Part shown: piece after piece, positions 35,992 through 44,432 of the stretch
Numbering within the stretch: position 1 is the first letter of the stretch
Layout: each line of letters starts with the position of its first letter
Source of the DNA: a virus
Virus record (IMG/VR): IMGVR_UViG_3300041964_000087
Span: 5,753 to 69,752 of that record
Direction: 5' to 3' (one strand)
Length of the DNA: 64,000 bases
Made by a program: the position numbers and the translations under genes
The notes under the pieces: model-generated
The model's input: only the letters and a program-made list of their open reading frames with translations
What the model was told of the DNA's origin: nothing
The model's database searches: none

Positions 35992-37333
35992 GACGCTTTA
36001 ATACTCCCAAGGTAAAGTTAAAGTGTTCTCGGTCAGACGTATATAGAGAAACCATAGATTCAGGAGATGAGAAGCGCTCGACTCCCATAGAGATAACCTC
36101 AGTGGTTCCATTCTCGTAGACTTTCCCCACATAAGGCGCCAAAAACTTATCTGGGTAAGCTATTTCATCTTTATCATAAGAGTCTGTTTTCTCTAATTTG
36201 TTTAAAGATTGCGGTTTATTTGAAGTTGCTCTTTCCCTCACCCAATCCCCTGCGGCTTTTGCTAATTCAGGGTTTTCGTATTCAATATGGTGCGCCATTT
36301 CATGAAATGTCGTCGCTTTGTCTGGGGGAATCCCTAGATTAATCATTTTGGAACTCTCAAGTGCGTAAGCACGTTCGTCAATTTGCTCCATATAACGGAG
36401 CGTTGAGGAACCCTTTCCTCCAGTCAATAAAGCGAACTCTCTTGCTTCCCCAATAATTTCTCTTCGGGACTCCTTATCAAGATTGTCTTCGTCAACATAC
36501 AGTTTCTGAATAAATTGCTTTGCCGCTTTTTTCTCCTCAACCGTTGCGGATTCAATCAGAGATTTACGATAACTGCTCATCCCCTCAACGGCTTTTTTGT
36601 TTGCTTCAAGCAATGAATCACGCGCCAAATCGTGTTGATCTATCAAATCATCCCGTTTTACCCCTTTCGGGGTACGAACGATTTTTTCCTTGAGTTGAGT
36701 GTAAGAATCAAGCTTCGTTTTTAAATTGTCTAAATCCCCTTGCAATTGCTTGGGTAATGCCTTAGCCCCAGACTCAATCAAGTCCTTGTGAGAGATTGTT
36801 CCGGTTTGCTTCAGTGTCTCTTTTTTAGACTTTTTCCCCGTAATCCTATCAATGAAAGCCTTAATTTTTGCCGCGATCGCACCCCACCCTTTTTTCTCTT
36901 CAGGGGAATGGGCAGCATTGCAGCGAAAGTCTCCATCCTGGCACTTACCACCACATTGGATGTTGCCCGGATTGCAGCGAAGTTTTGATTTCTTTCTAGA
37001 GCGTGCAAATTCAGGGGTTTCGGCAAACTCAGATGCCTCTTTAGCGTTGGCAAGCTTATAGGTAATTTTGTCGGGCGTTACTCGAAAATCAATAAATTGA
37101 GACTTGATTGCGTTCAAGGGTTGCTCAGCTTTTCCCCTGATCTCAAAATCGGCTTCATCTCCCGTAAAGGTGAGGGCAAAAACACGCTTAACTGCCCCTA
37201 CCTTGGGTGTAAGTCGCTGCCTGATACTTGCCTCTATTTCAGGATCGGTAATTGGTGTTGAGTCCTTTGATTCGTTGAAATCACGAACCAGATAGCCTAA
37301 TCGGGCAAATGCGATCGCCTTTTTCGTCAACAT
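35984..37333 (-). CDS. MLT..AIA family paralog 3 with C-terminal HExxH zinc metallopeptidase
   Basis: CNPGNIQCGGKC; FHEMAHHIE..PYVGKVY..TEVISMGVE. Confidence 0.82.
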   Translation of the reverse strand: MLTKKAIAFARLGYLVRDFNESKDSTPITDPEIEASIRQRLTPKVGAVKRVFALTFTGDEADFEIRGKAEQPLNAIKSQFIDFRVTPDKITYKLANAKEASEFAETPEFARSRKKSKLRCNPGNIQCGGKCQDGDFRCNAAHSPEEKKGWGAIAAKIKAFIDRITGKKSKKETLKQTGTISHKDLIESGAKALPKQLQGDLDNLKTKLDSYTQLKEKIVRTPKGVKRDDLIDQHDLARDSLLEANKKAVEGMSSYRKSLIESATVEEKKAAKQFIQKLYVDEDNLDKESRREIIGEAREFALLTGGKGSSTLRYMEQIDERAYALESSKMINLGIPPDKATTFHEMAHHIEYENPELAKAAGDWVRERATSNKPQSLNKLEKTDSYDKDEIAYPDKFLAPYVGKVYENGTTEVISMGVERFSSPESMVSLYTSDREHFNFTLGVLKRRD

Positions 37334-37337
37334 AATT

Positions 37338-37769
37338 TTATATATAAAGTAACTGCGCCACAGCTTTCCATGTGACCGTTGTTCCCGTATCACCGCTCAC
37401 CTGGAAACTGAGGTTTATTCCAGACGTGGTAACGATTGCCTGCCAAATTGTCACCTCTTCGATTTGCACAAGTTGAACAACGCCTCCCAGTAATCCGCCC
37501 ACACCTACAACGACACTGGCGACTCCATTAATGTTTTTAGCAATGCCAGCTAATTTGTAGTATCCGACTTTATCAAGATTGGTGCCCGATACTCCACGCC
37601 CACCAATTAGGATATCGAACGCGATCGCTGTATTATTCGGAATTGCAATTTGTCCACCATCCGCCAGAAGGGGAGTGAGTGCGGCTGTACGGGCAGTCGT
37701 GCAACTTAAAAAAGTTTGCCCATTCTCAACTTCTTGAAAAAACGCTCCGGCACCTGTAAGAACTTTCAT
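37338..37769 (-). CDS. Putative virion structural protein
   Basis: Beta-rich 143-aa ORF in head-region cluster. Confidence 0.55.
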   Translation of the reverse strand: MKVLTGAGAFFQEVENGQTFLSCTTARTAALTPLLADGGQIAIPNNTAIAFDILIGGRGVSGTNLDKVGYYKLAGIAKNINGVASVVVGVGGLLGGVVQLVQIEEVTIWQAIVTTSGINLSFQVSGDTGTTVTWKAVAQLLYI

Positions 37770-37796
37770 GAAAAACGTAGAGCCTGCGGATTTGGG

Positions 37797-38324
37797 TTAA
37801 GCTCGGACAACAACATAACCTTGGCGTGATTCAAGGGCCGTTGCGCTTCGGGCAAATCCTAGGAATTGATTAAGGTGTCCGGAAGTGGTAACCAAGCTAG
37901 GCTGCACTCCCCCTGGCACGGTGTTACTCAAGAAGTAAGCGGCAGTAGGTGTTAAGCCCGATAGCGCGGTATTAGTCCCTGAACCAATTGGGTAGCCTGA
38001 TGCGTTTTGTCCTGCGGCTGTCGCTCCCAAAGTGAAGTGTGTGGCTCTTTTCCCAATCCCGGAACTTGCATCAGCCTTTCTGAACTTAACCGTTCCCGCA
38101 TCATTCCAGGCATTGAGCCAGTCACCCGCTGCTAACACTTCAGATGCTGGAGCAACAAGGATATCGGCGCCAACCCCAGTAGGAAGTACAGAAGGGTCAA
38201 TCTTTCCTGATGAATCAAGAGCAAGAATTTCCCCGGCGTCTTGTGTGCCACGAGATTGAACTGTAGCTTCAACCTCACGGTAGGCAACACCCGACGAATC
38301 TAGGATTAAATATTTGTCAGCCAT
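37797..38324 (-). CDS. Putative head fibre/decoration protein
   Basis: DAGEILALDSSGKIDPS..ASEVLAAGD..RKADAS..YFLS..G. Confidence 0.65.
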   Translation of the reverse strand: MADKYLILDSSGVAYREVEATVQSRGTQDAGEILALDSSGKIDPSVLPTGVGADILVAPASEVLAAGDWLNAWNDAGTVKFRKADASSGIGKRATHFTLGATAAGQNASGYPIGSGTNTALSGLTPTAAYFLSNTVPGGVQPSLVTTSGHLNQFLGFARSATALESRQGYVVVRA

Positions 38325-38712
38325 GAAGATAAGTAATAGGAGAACTGGCTATATTAGCCATCAGTATAGTGTCAAGAGCGATCGCGACACCTACTACTAA
38401 GATAAAGCCGTTTGTTGGTCGAACTTGAGTTAATTGCCCATCAATATCAAGCCACAGCGGCTTGCTTACTTTCCACGACCAGCTTGGCTCAACTACCCGA
38501 CCCGCTCGTTGAACTTGAACATTGTCGTTCATTGAAGCGGCATTCAGTGAAAGTCCGATGATTCGCCCTGGATGTGTAGGGCTAAGGCGAGAGGCGTAGT
38601 CGATTCTTCCATTCGACTCGATTACAACCAAGCGGTGACCACTCAAGGGTTTGTCGCTTAAATAGGTAGTGACAGACGGGGCTTCATTATTGGTAATTTT
38701 ACGAGTTGGCAT
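38317..38712 (-). CDS. Putative head decoration protein
   Basis: LSGHRLV..GLSLNAA..WSW..LWL..GQLTQ.RP..VGVA. Confidence 0.65.
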   Translation of the reverse strand: MPTRKITNNEAPSVTTYLSDKPLSGHRLVVIESNGRIDYASRLSPTHPGRIIGLSLNAASMNDNVQVQRAGRVVEPSWSWKVSKPLWLDIDGQLTQVRPTNGFILVVGVAIALDTILMANIASSPITYLHG

Positions 38713-38722
38713 CTTTTTTAAT

Positions 38723-38832
38723 GAAGGCAGAGGGCAGAGGGCAGAAGCTTGAATTCTTCCTTATTAAAACCTTCGTCGTCATCGCCTTACTTTTATCTCT
38801 CCTTCTGCCCTCTGCCATCAAACTTCTGCCTT
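38723..38832. repeat. Heptamer palindromic element (GGCAGAG..CTCTGCC)
   Basis: GGCAGAGGGCAGAGGGCAGAAG with inverted CTTCTGCCCTCTGCC. Confidence 0.7.
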
Positions 38833-38835
38833 CGT

Positions 38836-39669
38836 TCAAAACCCGTAAAATTCTATTTCTGCAATATTACCGAACCCTTGAGTCGGCGAAACATACCAAG
38901 CCTCGACGCATTGCATCGCCGGGATGGACACATCATTCCATCCTTCAATCACCAAGCTAGGAATAGTATAAACAAGCTGCACTGAGCCATCTACAAGACG
39001 GATTTGAAACCGTCCGCCAATAGACCGTGCAGTTTCGCCAATTCTGGGATGAAACCGAATACGAGTCAAAGTCCTTGGTTGCCCGAACGCCATCCCTGCG
39101 ATCGCTCCGTCTGCTGTATTGCTGTCAAAAAAGGTGTTGATGTTGCCATCAAAAACCGAAGTATAACTGTTCTGTGGTTTGTCCTGGAAAAATCCTTCTG
39201 TACCAAAAATCGAGCCTGATAGTTTTACTATTGTTGGTGTTGGCTCTGGCTCCGTAGGGATAAGCAAGGCTTCATTTTTCCACACCTCTAACTCAATCTC
39301 TACCGCAACAGAGCAACTGAAATAAAGACTTCCTAAGTATTGCCCCATCCCAAAATCTAAATACTTCTCGTCATCGACCTTCAGCGTGCGGTAGTTATTC
39401 CCTTGCGTGGCGCCGGACTCATATCCGTAGTGTATTTCGTTTTCAGTGCGGCACCTAAATTCAACACGGGAAGCGCCTGTAATATCAACAGCGATTTCAG
39501 TGTCAGGAGAAAGTGCGATCGCTCTTATTTCTGGACTAAATGCAATTACCTCGTTCGTCCCGTCGCCACCTGCTACTACGCTCCCATCGGTTTCGTAATC
39601 GGCAACGTAGACGATTGGCGCACCCTTGTACTTTTTGCTATTCGGAGCGAACCAACCGCCTCCAAGCAT
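38836..39669 (-). CDS. Virion protein with C-terminal discoidin/F5-8-like domain
   Basis: VFDGNINTFF..LTRIRFHPR..GNIAEIEFYG. Confidence 0.7.
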   Translation of the reverse strand: MLGGGWFAPNSKKYKGAPIVYVADYETDGSVVAGGDGTNEVIAFSPEIRAIALSPDTEIAVDITGASRVEFRCRTENEIHYGYESGATQGNNYRTLKVDDEKYLDFGMGQYLGSLYFSCSVAVEIELEVWKNEALLIPTEPEPTPTIVKLSGSIFGTEGFFQDKPQNSYTSVFDGNINTFFDSNTADGAIAGMAFGQPRTLTRIRFHPRIGETARSIGGRFQIRLVDGSVQLVYTIPSLVIEGWNDVSIPAMQCVEAWYVSPTQGFGNIAEIEFYGF

Positions 39670-39676
39670 AGGCTTC

Positions 39677-40087
39677 TCACTCTACCAAGTCTTGTAAATA
39701 ATCATTCGCTATTCTCTCAATCCGCTCAATATCGCGTCTACCTACCCCAAGAAACGGGCGCCGCTTTTGCATAAATTCAGCCTGGGGGGTGTTCGCCCCA
39801 ATCTCTACCCGATCATCATAAGCTCTATAACTAATCGTTCCTCGCGTCTCACCCCTGGCTTGGTTTCGCTTCAGTATCAATCCCCGACGACGCTTAGACT
39901 CCAAGTATTTAGGAGACAGCGCTGCCCAGGGTGAACCGTCTGGGTCAACTTCATTCTTAAAGCGGTCGTCAGTTGCTAATTCCTGATCGGCGCCAATCAG
40001 TGTGGTGAGAGGAGTGGCGTCTTTTAGTCCTCTGAGTAAAGTTCGGAGGGCGTGATCGCTTTGGCTAAAATCAGCTTCGATTTCCAT
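39677..40087 (-). CDS. Virion morphogenesis protein (Mu gpG-like)
   Basis: RFKNEVDPDGSPWAALS..VEIGAN..RPFLG. Confidence 0.88.
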   Translation of the reverse strand: MEIEADFSQSDHALRTLLRGLKDATPLTTLIGADQELATDDRFKNEVDPDGSPWAALSPKYLESKRRRGLILKRNQARGETRGTISYRAYDDRVEIGANTPQAEFMQKRRPFLGVGRRDIERIERIANDYLQDLVE

Positions 40088-40132
40088 ACTTCATTATCTA
40101 ACCAAATACAGAAAACGCTTCGTATTTGCCCC

Positions 40133-40894
40133 TTAGTTAGCAATCACACCCCTAATCATTTTCTGCAACGCTGACGGTTGTCGTACAATCATCTGCTCCA
40201 AAACCGCAGGACGCAGCGTATTTGGTGAGGTACCTGGAGTGTAATAAAAACCGTTATCGGCAATTGGATAAAGTTTCCCTTCAATTTTGACTGCCGGAAC
40301 TTCCCCAATCTCTCCAGACGGTTGCTTATAAGCAAGGCGATCACTTAAATCGAAATACCCGTCATCTGGTGCGGGGACAGAGAAGATACGGCACCTACAG
40401 CCCCAACCGGAGGGTAAACTCAGTCCCGACCACTGCGGATCATTCCCATCAAACACCTTACCGTCCATCGCTTTGTGATGAGGGCGCGGATGGGGAGAAT
40501 CACGCCACCGCCACATCAAGCCAGGGCGCCGCTTCTTAATCTCTGGATTCTGCCGCTGTTGATACTGCCCCGCAGCATAGCTCATCCGCATATTGGTCTT
40601 AGCTGCAATATCAGCCCGCCACGCTACTCCTTGCTTCGGCTCCCATCCATAGCGTTGAGCAATCTCCTGATAGTCTGACGCGAACTGAGCAAAGCCTTTC
40701 CCCTCAGCGATGTAGCGTTCAACAGCCGCTCGGAAATCAGCCAACATCTCAGCAGACATCACGCCAGCAACACTGAACGCCCAATCGTATTCCTCCCCCT
40801 GAATTGTGCTTGAGTCCTCAGTGGGGATGTTGAGCTTTTGACGGAAGTACGTGATCGCGTCTTCAAATGGCAAGCGGGTTAAATCTGGCATCAC
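40133..40894 (-). CDS. MuF-like minor head protein
   Basis: LPFEDAITYFRQK..AFSVAGV..TNMRMSYAAG..PRPHH..DG..PSGWGCRC. Confidence 0.92.
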   Translation of the reverse strand: MMPDLTRLPFEDAITYFRQKLNIPTEDSSTIQGEEYDWAFSVAGVMSAEMLADFRAAVERYIAEGKGFAQFASDYQEIAQRYGWEPKQGVAWRADIAAKTNMRMSYAAGQYQQRQNPEIKKRRPGLMWRWRDSPHPRPHHKAMDGKVFDGNDPQWSGLSLPSGWGCRCRIFSVPAPDDGYFDLSDRLAYKQPSGEIGEVPAVKIEGKLYPIADNGFYYTPGTSPNTLRPAVLEQMIVRQPSALQKMIRGVIAN

Positions 40895-41943
40895 TTTTCG
40901 GTTACACCCGCCTCTTTAAGCAGTTTTTCAACTTGAGTTGTTAGCAGCGATCGATACTCGCCAGATCTGACCATCTTGTCTTTTGCTTTATCAGGAGAGT
41001 CATTGTCGAGAGTGCTTTTGGTGATGGTGTCGGATAACTTCAAAGCTCCCTTGCTTGAACCTTCTAGGTCATTCCGCACCATTGCCTTGGCTACATCTTC
41101 AATATCCTTTGAAGTCGCTTGCGGATTTTCTTTCTTTAAATATGTCGTGAGTAAGCCTTCATATTCTTTGGTTTTGTACAGTTCTTGCTTTGGCTCTTTT
41201 TCAATCCCATATTTAAACAAAGCTGTTGACGCTTTTAATCCAGTTTTGTTTGACCCTTCTATATCATTCTGTATCAGGCTATCCGTAATTTCTTTGGCGG
41301 CAGCAGAAGACTTTTTCCCTCGCTTTAATGAATCCGCGTCTTTCTGAGCCTTATCAAGTATTGCCTTGTCTTTAGCATCCCTATCCCGACTAGCTTTACT
41401 TTTGGCATCAAGCGCCGTTTTCTCCCGTCCTGCCTTCATCTCCCGTCGCTTCTTGGCAAGGGAAGTATCCACCCGCCCTTTATTCCGCAGCGCTTTGTCA
41501 TGAACTCGCTTCTCTTCTGGGGTCATTGTCTGACGGCAAGCCTCCCCGCCCTTCAAGCATCTGCCACCGCAGGGACCGATCTTACACTTAAAGTTCTTAG
41601 CATCACGCTTGGTTTTAGCAAAGTCCTCCACCCCTTCAGAGAATTTTTCAATATCGTCAGCGTTGAGAGCTTTAAACTGAATCTCATCACTACCAAAAAT
41701 GAAGCTGAAGCGCTTGGTCAGACGTGGATTGACATACTGCTCAAACCTACCCTTGAAGTTTCCGCCATCATCTAGGGTGACATTAACAAACCGAGTGATT
41801 CGACCACGTAGCCGTTTCTCATAAACAGATCGAATTTCTCCAAGAGTTTCTTCATCTGTCACCGCCTCGTCAGCAAAGTCTAGCGCCAACCCCCGAAACG
41901 CTTGCCCCAGTTCACTAAATGCGATCGCCTCTCTAGTCAACAT
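40891..41943 (-). CDS. MLT..AIA family paralog 4 (C-terminal ND.EGS repeat)
   Basis: N-terminal ~170 aa nearly identical to 44422..45870, unrelated C-terminus. Confidence 0.82.
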   Translation of the reverse strand: MLTREAIAFSELGQAFRGLALDFADEAVTDEETLGEIRSVYEKRLRGRITRFVNVTLDDGGNFKGRFEQYVNPRLTKRFSFIFGSDEIQFKALNADDIEKFSEGVEDFAKTKRDAKNFKCKIGPCGGRCLKGGEACRQTMTPEEKRVHDKALRNKGRVDTSLAKKRREMKAGREKTALDAKSKASRDRDAKDKAILDKAQKDADSLKRGKKSSAAAKEITDSLIQNDIEGSNKTGLKASTALFKYGIEKEPKQELYKTKEYEGLLTTYLKKENPQATSKDIEDVAKAMVRNDLEGSSKGALKLSDTITKSTLDNDSPDKAKDKMVRSGEYRSLLTTQVEKLLKEAGVTEK

Positions 41944-44074
41944 CTCTATCCAACCTTTCTGAATACATCCCAGCAAAATATCCCGCCGCTAGACTCTCAC
42001 CCAACTGGGATGCGATCGCGTCTCTATCCATCTCAGAATACAAGTCATACATCCCATCGAGTAGCGTCCTGAATTTCTCCTCATCCGTACCATCACCACT
42101 TGCCACTTGGTCAATAAAATCCTGAATTTTCTTGAGGTTGGGTGCGATCGCTTCTGTTAAACCTGTCGCTGCTCGTTGCTCGTAACTATCCGCCAAATCC
42201 TCTAAGGAAGGCAGAGGCGACGCTCCTGTCGTCGCTACCGCTGCGCTATCGAGGGCAGAGGGCAGAAGGGAAAACTCTGACGCTCCTGCGTCGCTACCGC
42301 TATCGCTATCGACTTCTGCCTTCTGCCTTCTGCCTTCTGCCTTCTGGTAGCGCCTCAAGTATTCCAGAGGGACTTCTTTACATCCCCCATACATTTCACG
42401 AGGGTAGTGATAGAGGTAGTTGGCGATCGCATCTTCAGCCGAACCAAACCACAGCATTATCTTCGGCTCTGGGTCATCTCCTATTTGGTCAATCTCAAAG
42501 ATGCGGTTACTGTCTTGTCTCAGTCCCACATAGCAATCAAGACTCTTGCCGTCTGGGGCGTAGTGGTTGCGGATATGTCCGTAGCTAGCGGCGAGTGGGA
42601 TTCCGCGTGCGTCGCTTCCAATCGAGTGTTGGATTCCTATCTCCAACCCATTCCACTTAATCAGCTTCTTCGTGGGTTCACTGAACTCCTCTTCAGTCTC
42701 CTCTTCCTCTACCGCAGCGGGCCCTTCCGGTTCCACGGGCAAAGTAAAGGCTTCCCCGTAGGTTTCCTTGATGTAAGCTGGGTCAACTGACAACCCAAGG
42801 TCAAGGATTAACGCTTTATCAGTTGTTGCCCGTCCGTCGCGCTTCTTCTCCTTCGCCTCTTCAACAAGCCTTTCCTGCTCAAGCCTGCGTCGTTCTGAGT
42901 AAGTCTCACGCCGGATAATTGGCGGATTAGCGTTGCTCCAGTTGAGTTCCCCTATCAATTGCCACAAAGTAGCCAAGGGACTCTCATCTAAACTGTTGCA
43001 GTCGCTATCAATGATATTTTCGTTCCTATTCTCGCTCTGCTGTTGTTCAGCGGCGTAGGAACCCGTACTTTTCTCTGAGTATGAACCCTCACCCCATACA
43101 GCGCGCGCAATCTCCAAGGCTGCTGTGTCGTAGAGCCATTTGAGAACGTCATGCCCTTCTGACGTAGTAACTGGGAATTTAATTTCAAAACCCGTTGTAG
43201 TTGCTAAGTGGGCATTAGGACTAATCGCCCGCAGCAATCTATCAAACGCACCAAGGATTATCTGGTCTTGTGGGTCTTGAGGGTTCAAGGTGTCAGGGTA
43301 GGTGCCGTGAACGGGTGGGGAACCCAAGCGATCGCCTGTCAATACCCCAGACTTCATCGCCTCCTTTCTAATCTCGTAGAACTTGCGGATTCTATAACCC
43401 AGTCCCAGACCCCAAGGCGAACCCTTCACGCTGCCGTGCGCGTAACAGACAAAGCGATTCTTCGGACATCTCACTCCGTCGATTGAATGCTCTTTGGTCA
43501 AGAGCCTCAACTCGTATCCATTGACAATAACAATGTCCTCTTTTGGATCAAGTTCTTCCCCTGTAGCGGTGGGGATGCTTTTGTTCTCCGGCTCCCGATA
43601 GCGGAAGGTAAACCTTCTTTGCGGAACAACCTCACAAGTCGGGAGAATTAATCCCTCTTTCTTTTCCCAGTCCAGTGCCACAACACTGAACCCAATCAGA
43701 AGCGCTGAATAGAGGAAATCACGGCAGATGGCTTCGTAAGGGAAAAGATTCTTTTTCGCCTGCTTACCTTTGACGGATTCCTCATCGTCGTGGATATCGA
43801 GTAACCACTTAACCTTGTTCGCCGCTTCAACATCAGCTTTATTATCCGAGGCAGCATCAACCAAAACCGCACGACCCAGCAGCGCACCAACCCGCTCATC
43901 TAATTTCCCGCTCACCGCAGGGTCAATGAGCATTTCCTCATAACGACAGAAGTCACCCCCTAGGCGTTGGTAGAGGTAAGTGTCTTCTGGGTCGGGTCCG
44001 TTGTTGAATACCCAGGTGATTAGGTTTGGGTCAGTTTTGGTGAGTTCTAGCTTGGTGCGGGTGTCAAGTGGCAT
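41933..44074 (-). CDS. Portal protein (DUF935/Mu gp29-like) with inserted inorganic-pyrophosphatase-like domain
   Basis: YEEML.D..PWGLGLG..RLGSP..GSYAA; insert SYGHI..DGKSLDCYVG..IDQ..EPKIMLWF.S. Confidence 0.88.
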   Translation of the reverse strand: MPLDTRTKLELTKTDPNLITWVFNNGPDPEDTYLYQRLGGDFCRYEEMLIDPAVSGKLDERVGALLGRAVLVDAASDNKADVEAANKVKWLLDIHDDEESVKGKQAKKNLFPYEAICRDFLYSALLIGFSVVALDWEKKEGLILPTCEVVPQRRFTFRYREPENKSIPTATGEELDPKEDIVIVNGYELRLLTKEHSIDGVRCPKNRFVCYAHGSVKGSPWGLGLGYRIRKFYEIRKEAMKSGVLTGDRLGSPPVHGTYPDTLNPQDPQDQIILGAFDRLLRAISPNAHLATTTGFEIKFPVTTSEGHDVLKWLYDTAALEIARAVWGEGSYSEKSTGSYAAEQQQSENRNENIIDSDCNSLDESPLATLWQLIGELNWSNANPPIIRRETYSERRRLEQERLVEEAKEKKRDGRATTDKALILDLGLSVDPAYIKETYGEAFTLPVEPEGPAAVEEEETEEEFSEPTKKLIKWNGLEIGIQHSIGSDARGIPLAASYGHIRNHYAPDGKSLDCYVGLRQDSNRIFEIDQIGDDPEPKIMLWFGSAEDAIANYLYHYPREMYGGCKEVPLEYLRRYQKAEGRRQKAEVDSDSGSDAGASEFSLLPSALDSAAVATTGASPLPSLEDLADSYEQRAATGLTEAIAPNLKKIQDFIDQVASGDGTDEEKFRTLLDGMYDLYSEMDRDAIASQLGESLAAGYFAGMYSERLDRDVD

Positions 44075-44120
44075 TGGTTAAAAGCGATCGCTCCTTATTC
44101 AAATCCGCAGTTTTTCGTTT

Positions 44121-44432
44121 TTAACTCAATGCTCCCTTCGGTAAAGCAGACGGGGTAATTTTTGGCTTAATTGACACCATTTTAAATGAGGAGAGTGATC
44201 GCGCCCCTGCGGATAAGTCTAAGTTGGTCACGCTTTCAATATCTATCGTATGCCCGTAGAAGCCAATAGAATTATTTAACTCTTGCCGCAGCCTATCTTC
44301 TAGGTGACTTTTAATTGTACTATCTTCTGTTTTTGCCGTTATTCTGGGCCTTACCGGGACATCCGGACTGTTGCCTTCAGTCGATAAAATTACCGTTACT
44401 TGCGTGCCTTGGTGCAATAAATCAATCTGCAT
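44121..44432 (-). CDS. Small protein downstream of peptidase paralog (immunity-like)
   Basis: Overlaps upstream stop; similar to 35683..35991 including LPKG C-terminus. Confidence 0.7.
   Translation of the reverse strand: MQIDLLHQGTQVTVILSTEGNSPDVPVRPRITAKTEDSTIKSHLEDRLRQELNNSIGFYGHTIDIESVTNLDLSAGARSLSSFKMVSIKPKITPSALPKGALS

Noticed and set aside
38706-38985. ORFs 38706..38960 and 38749..38985
   Set aside because: Derived from the heptamer element and antisense to a real gene
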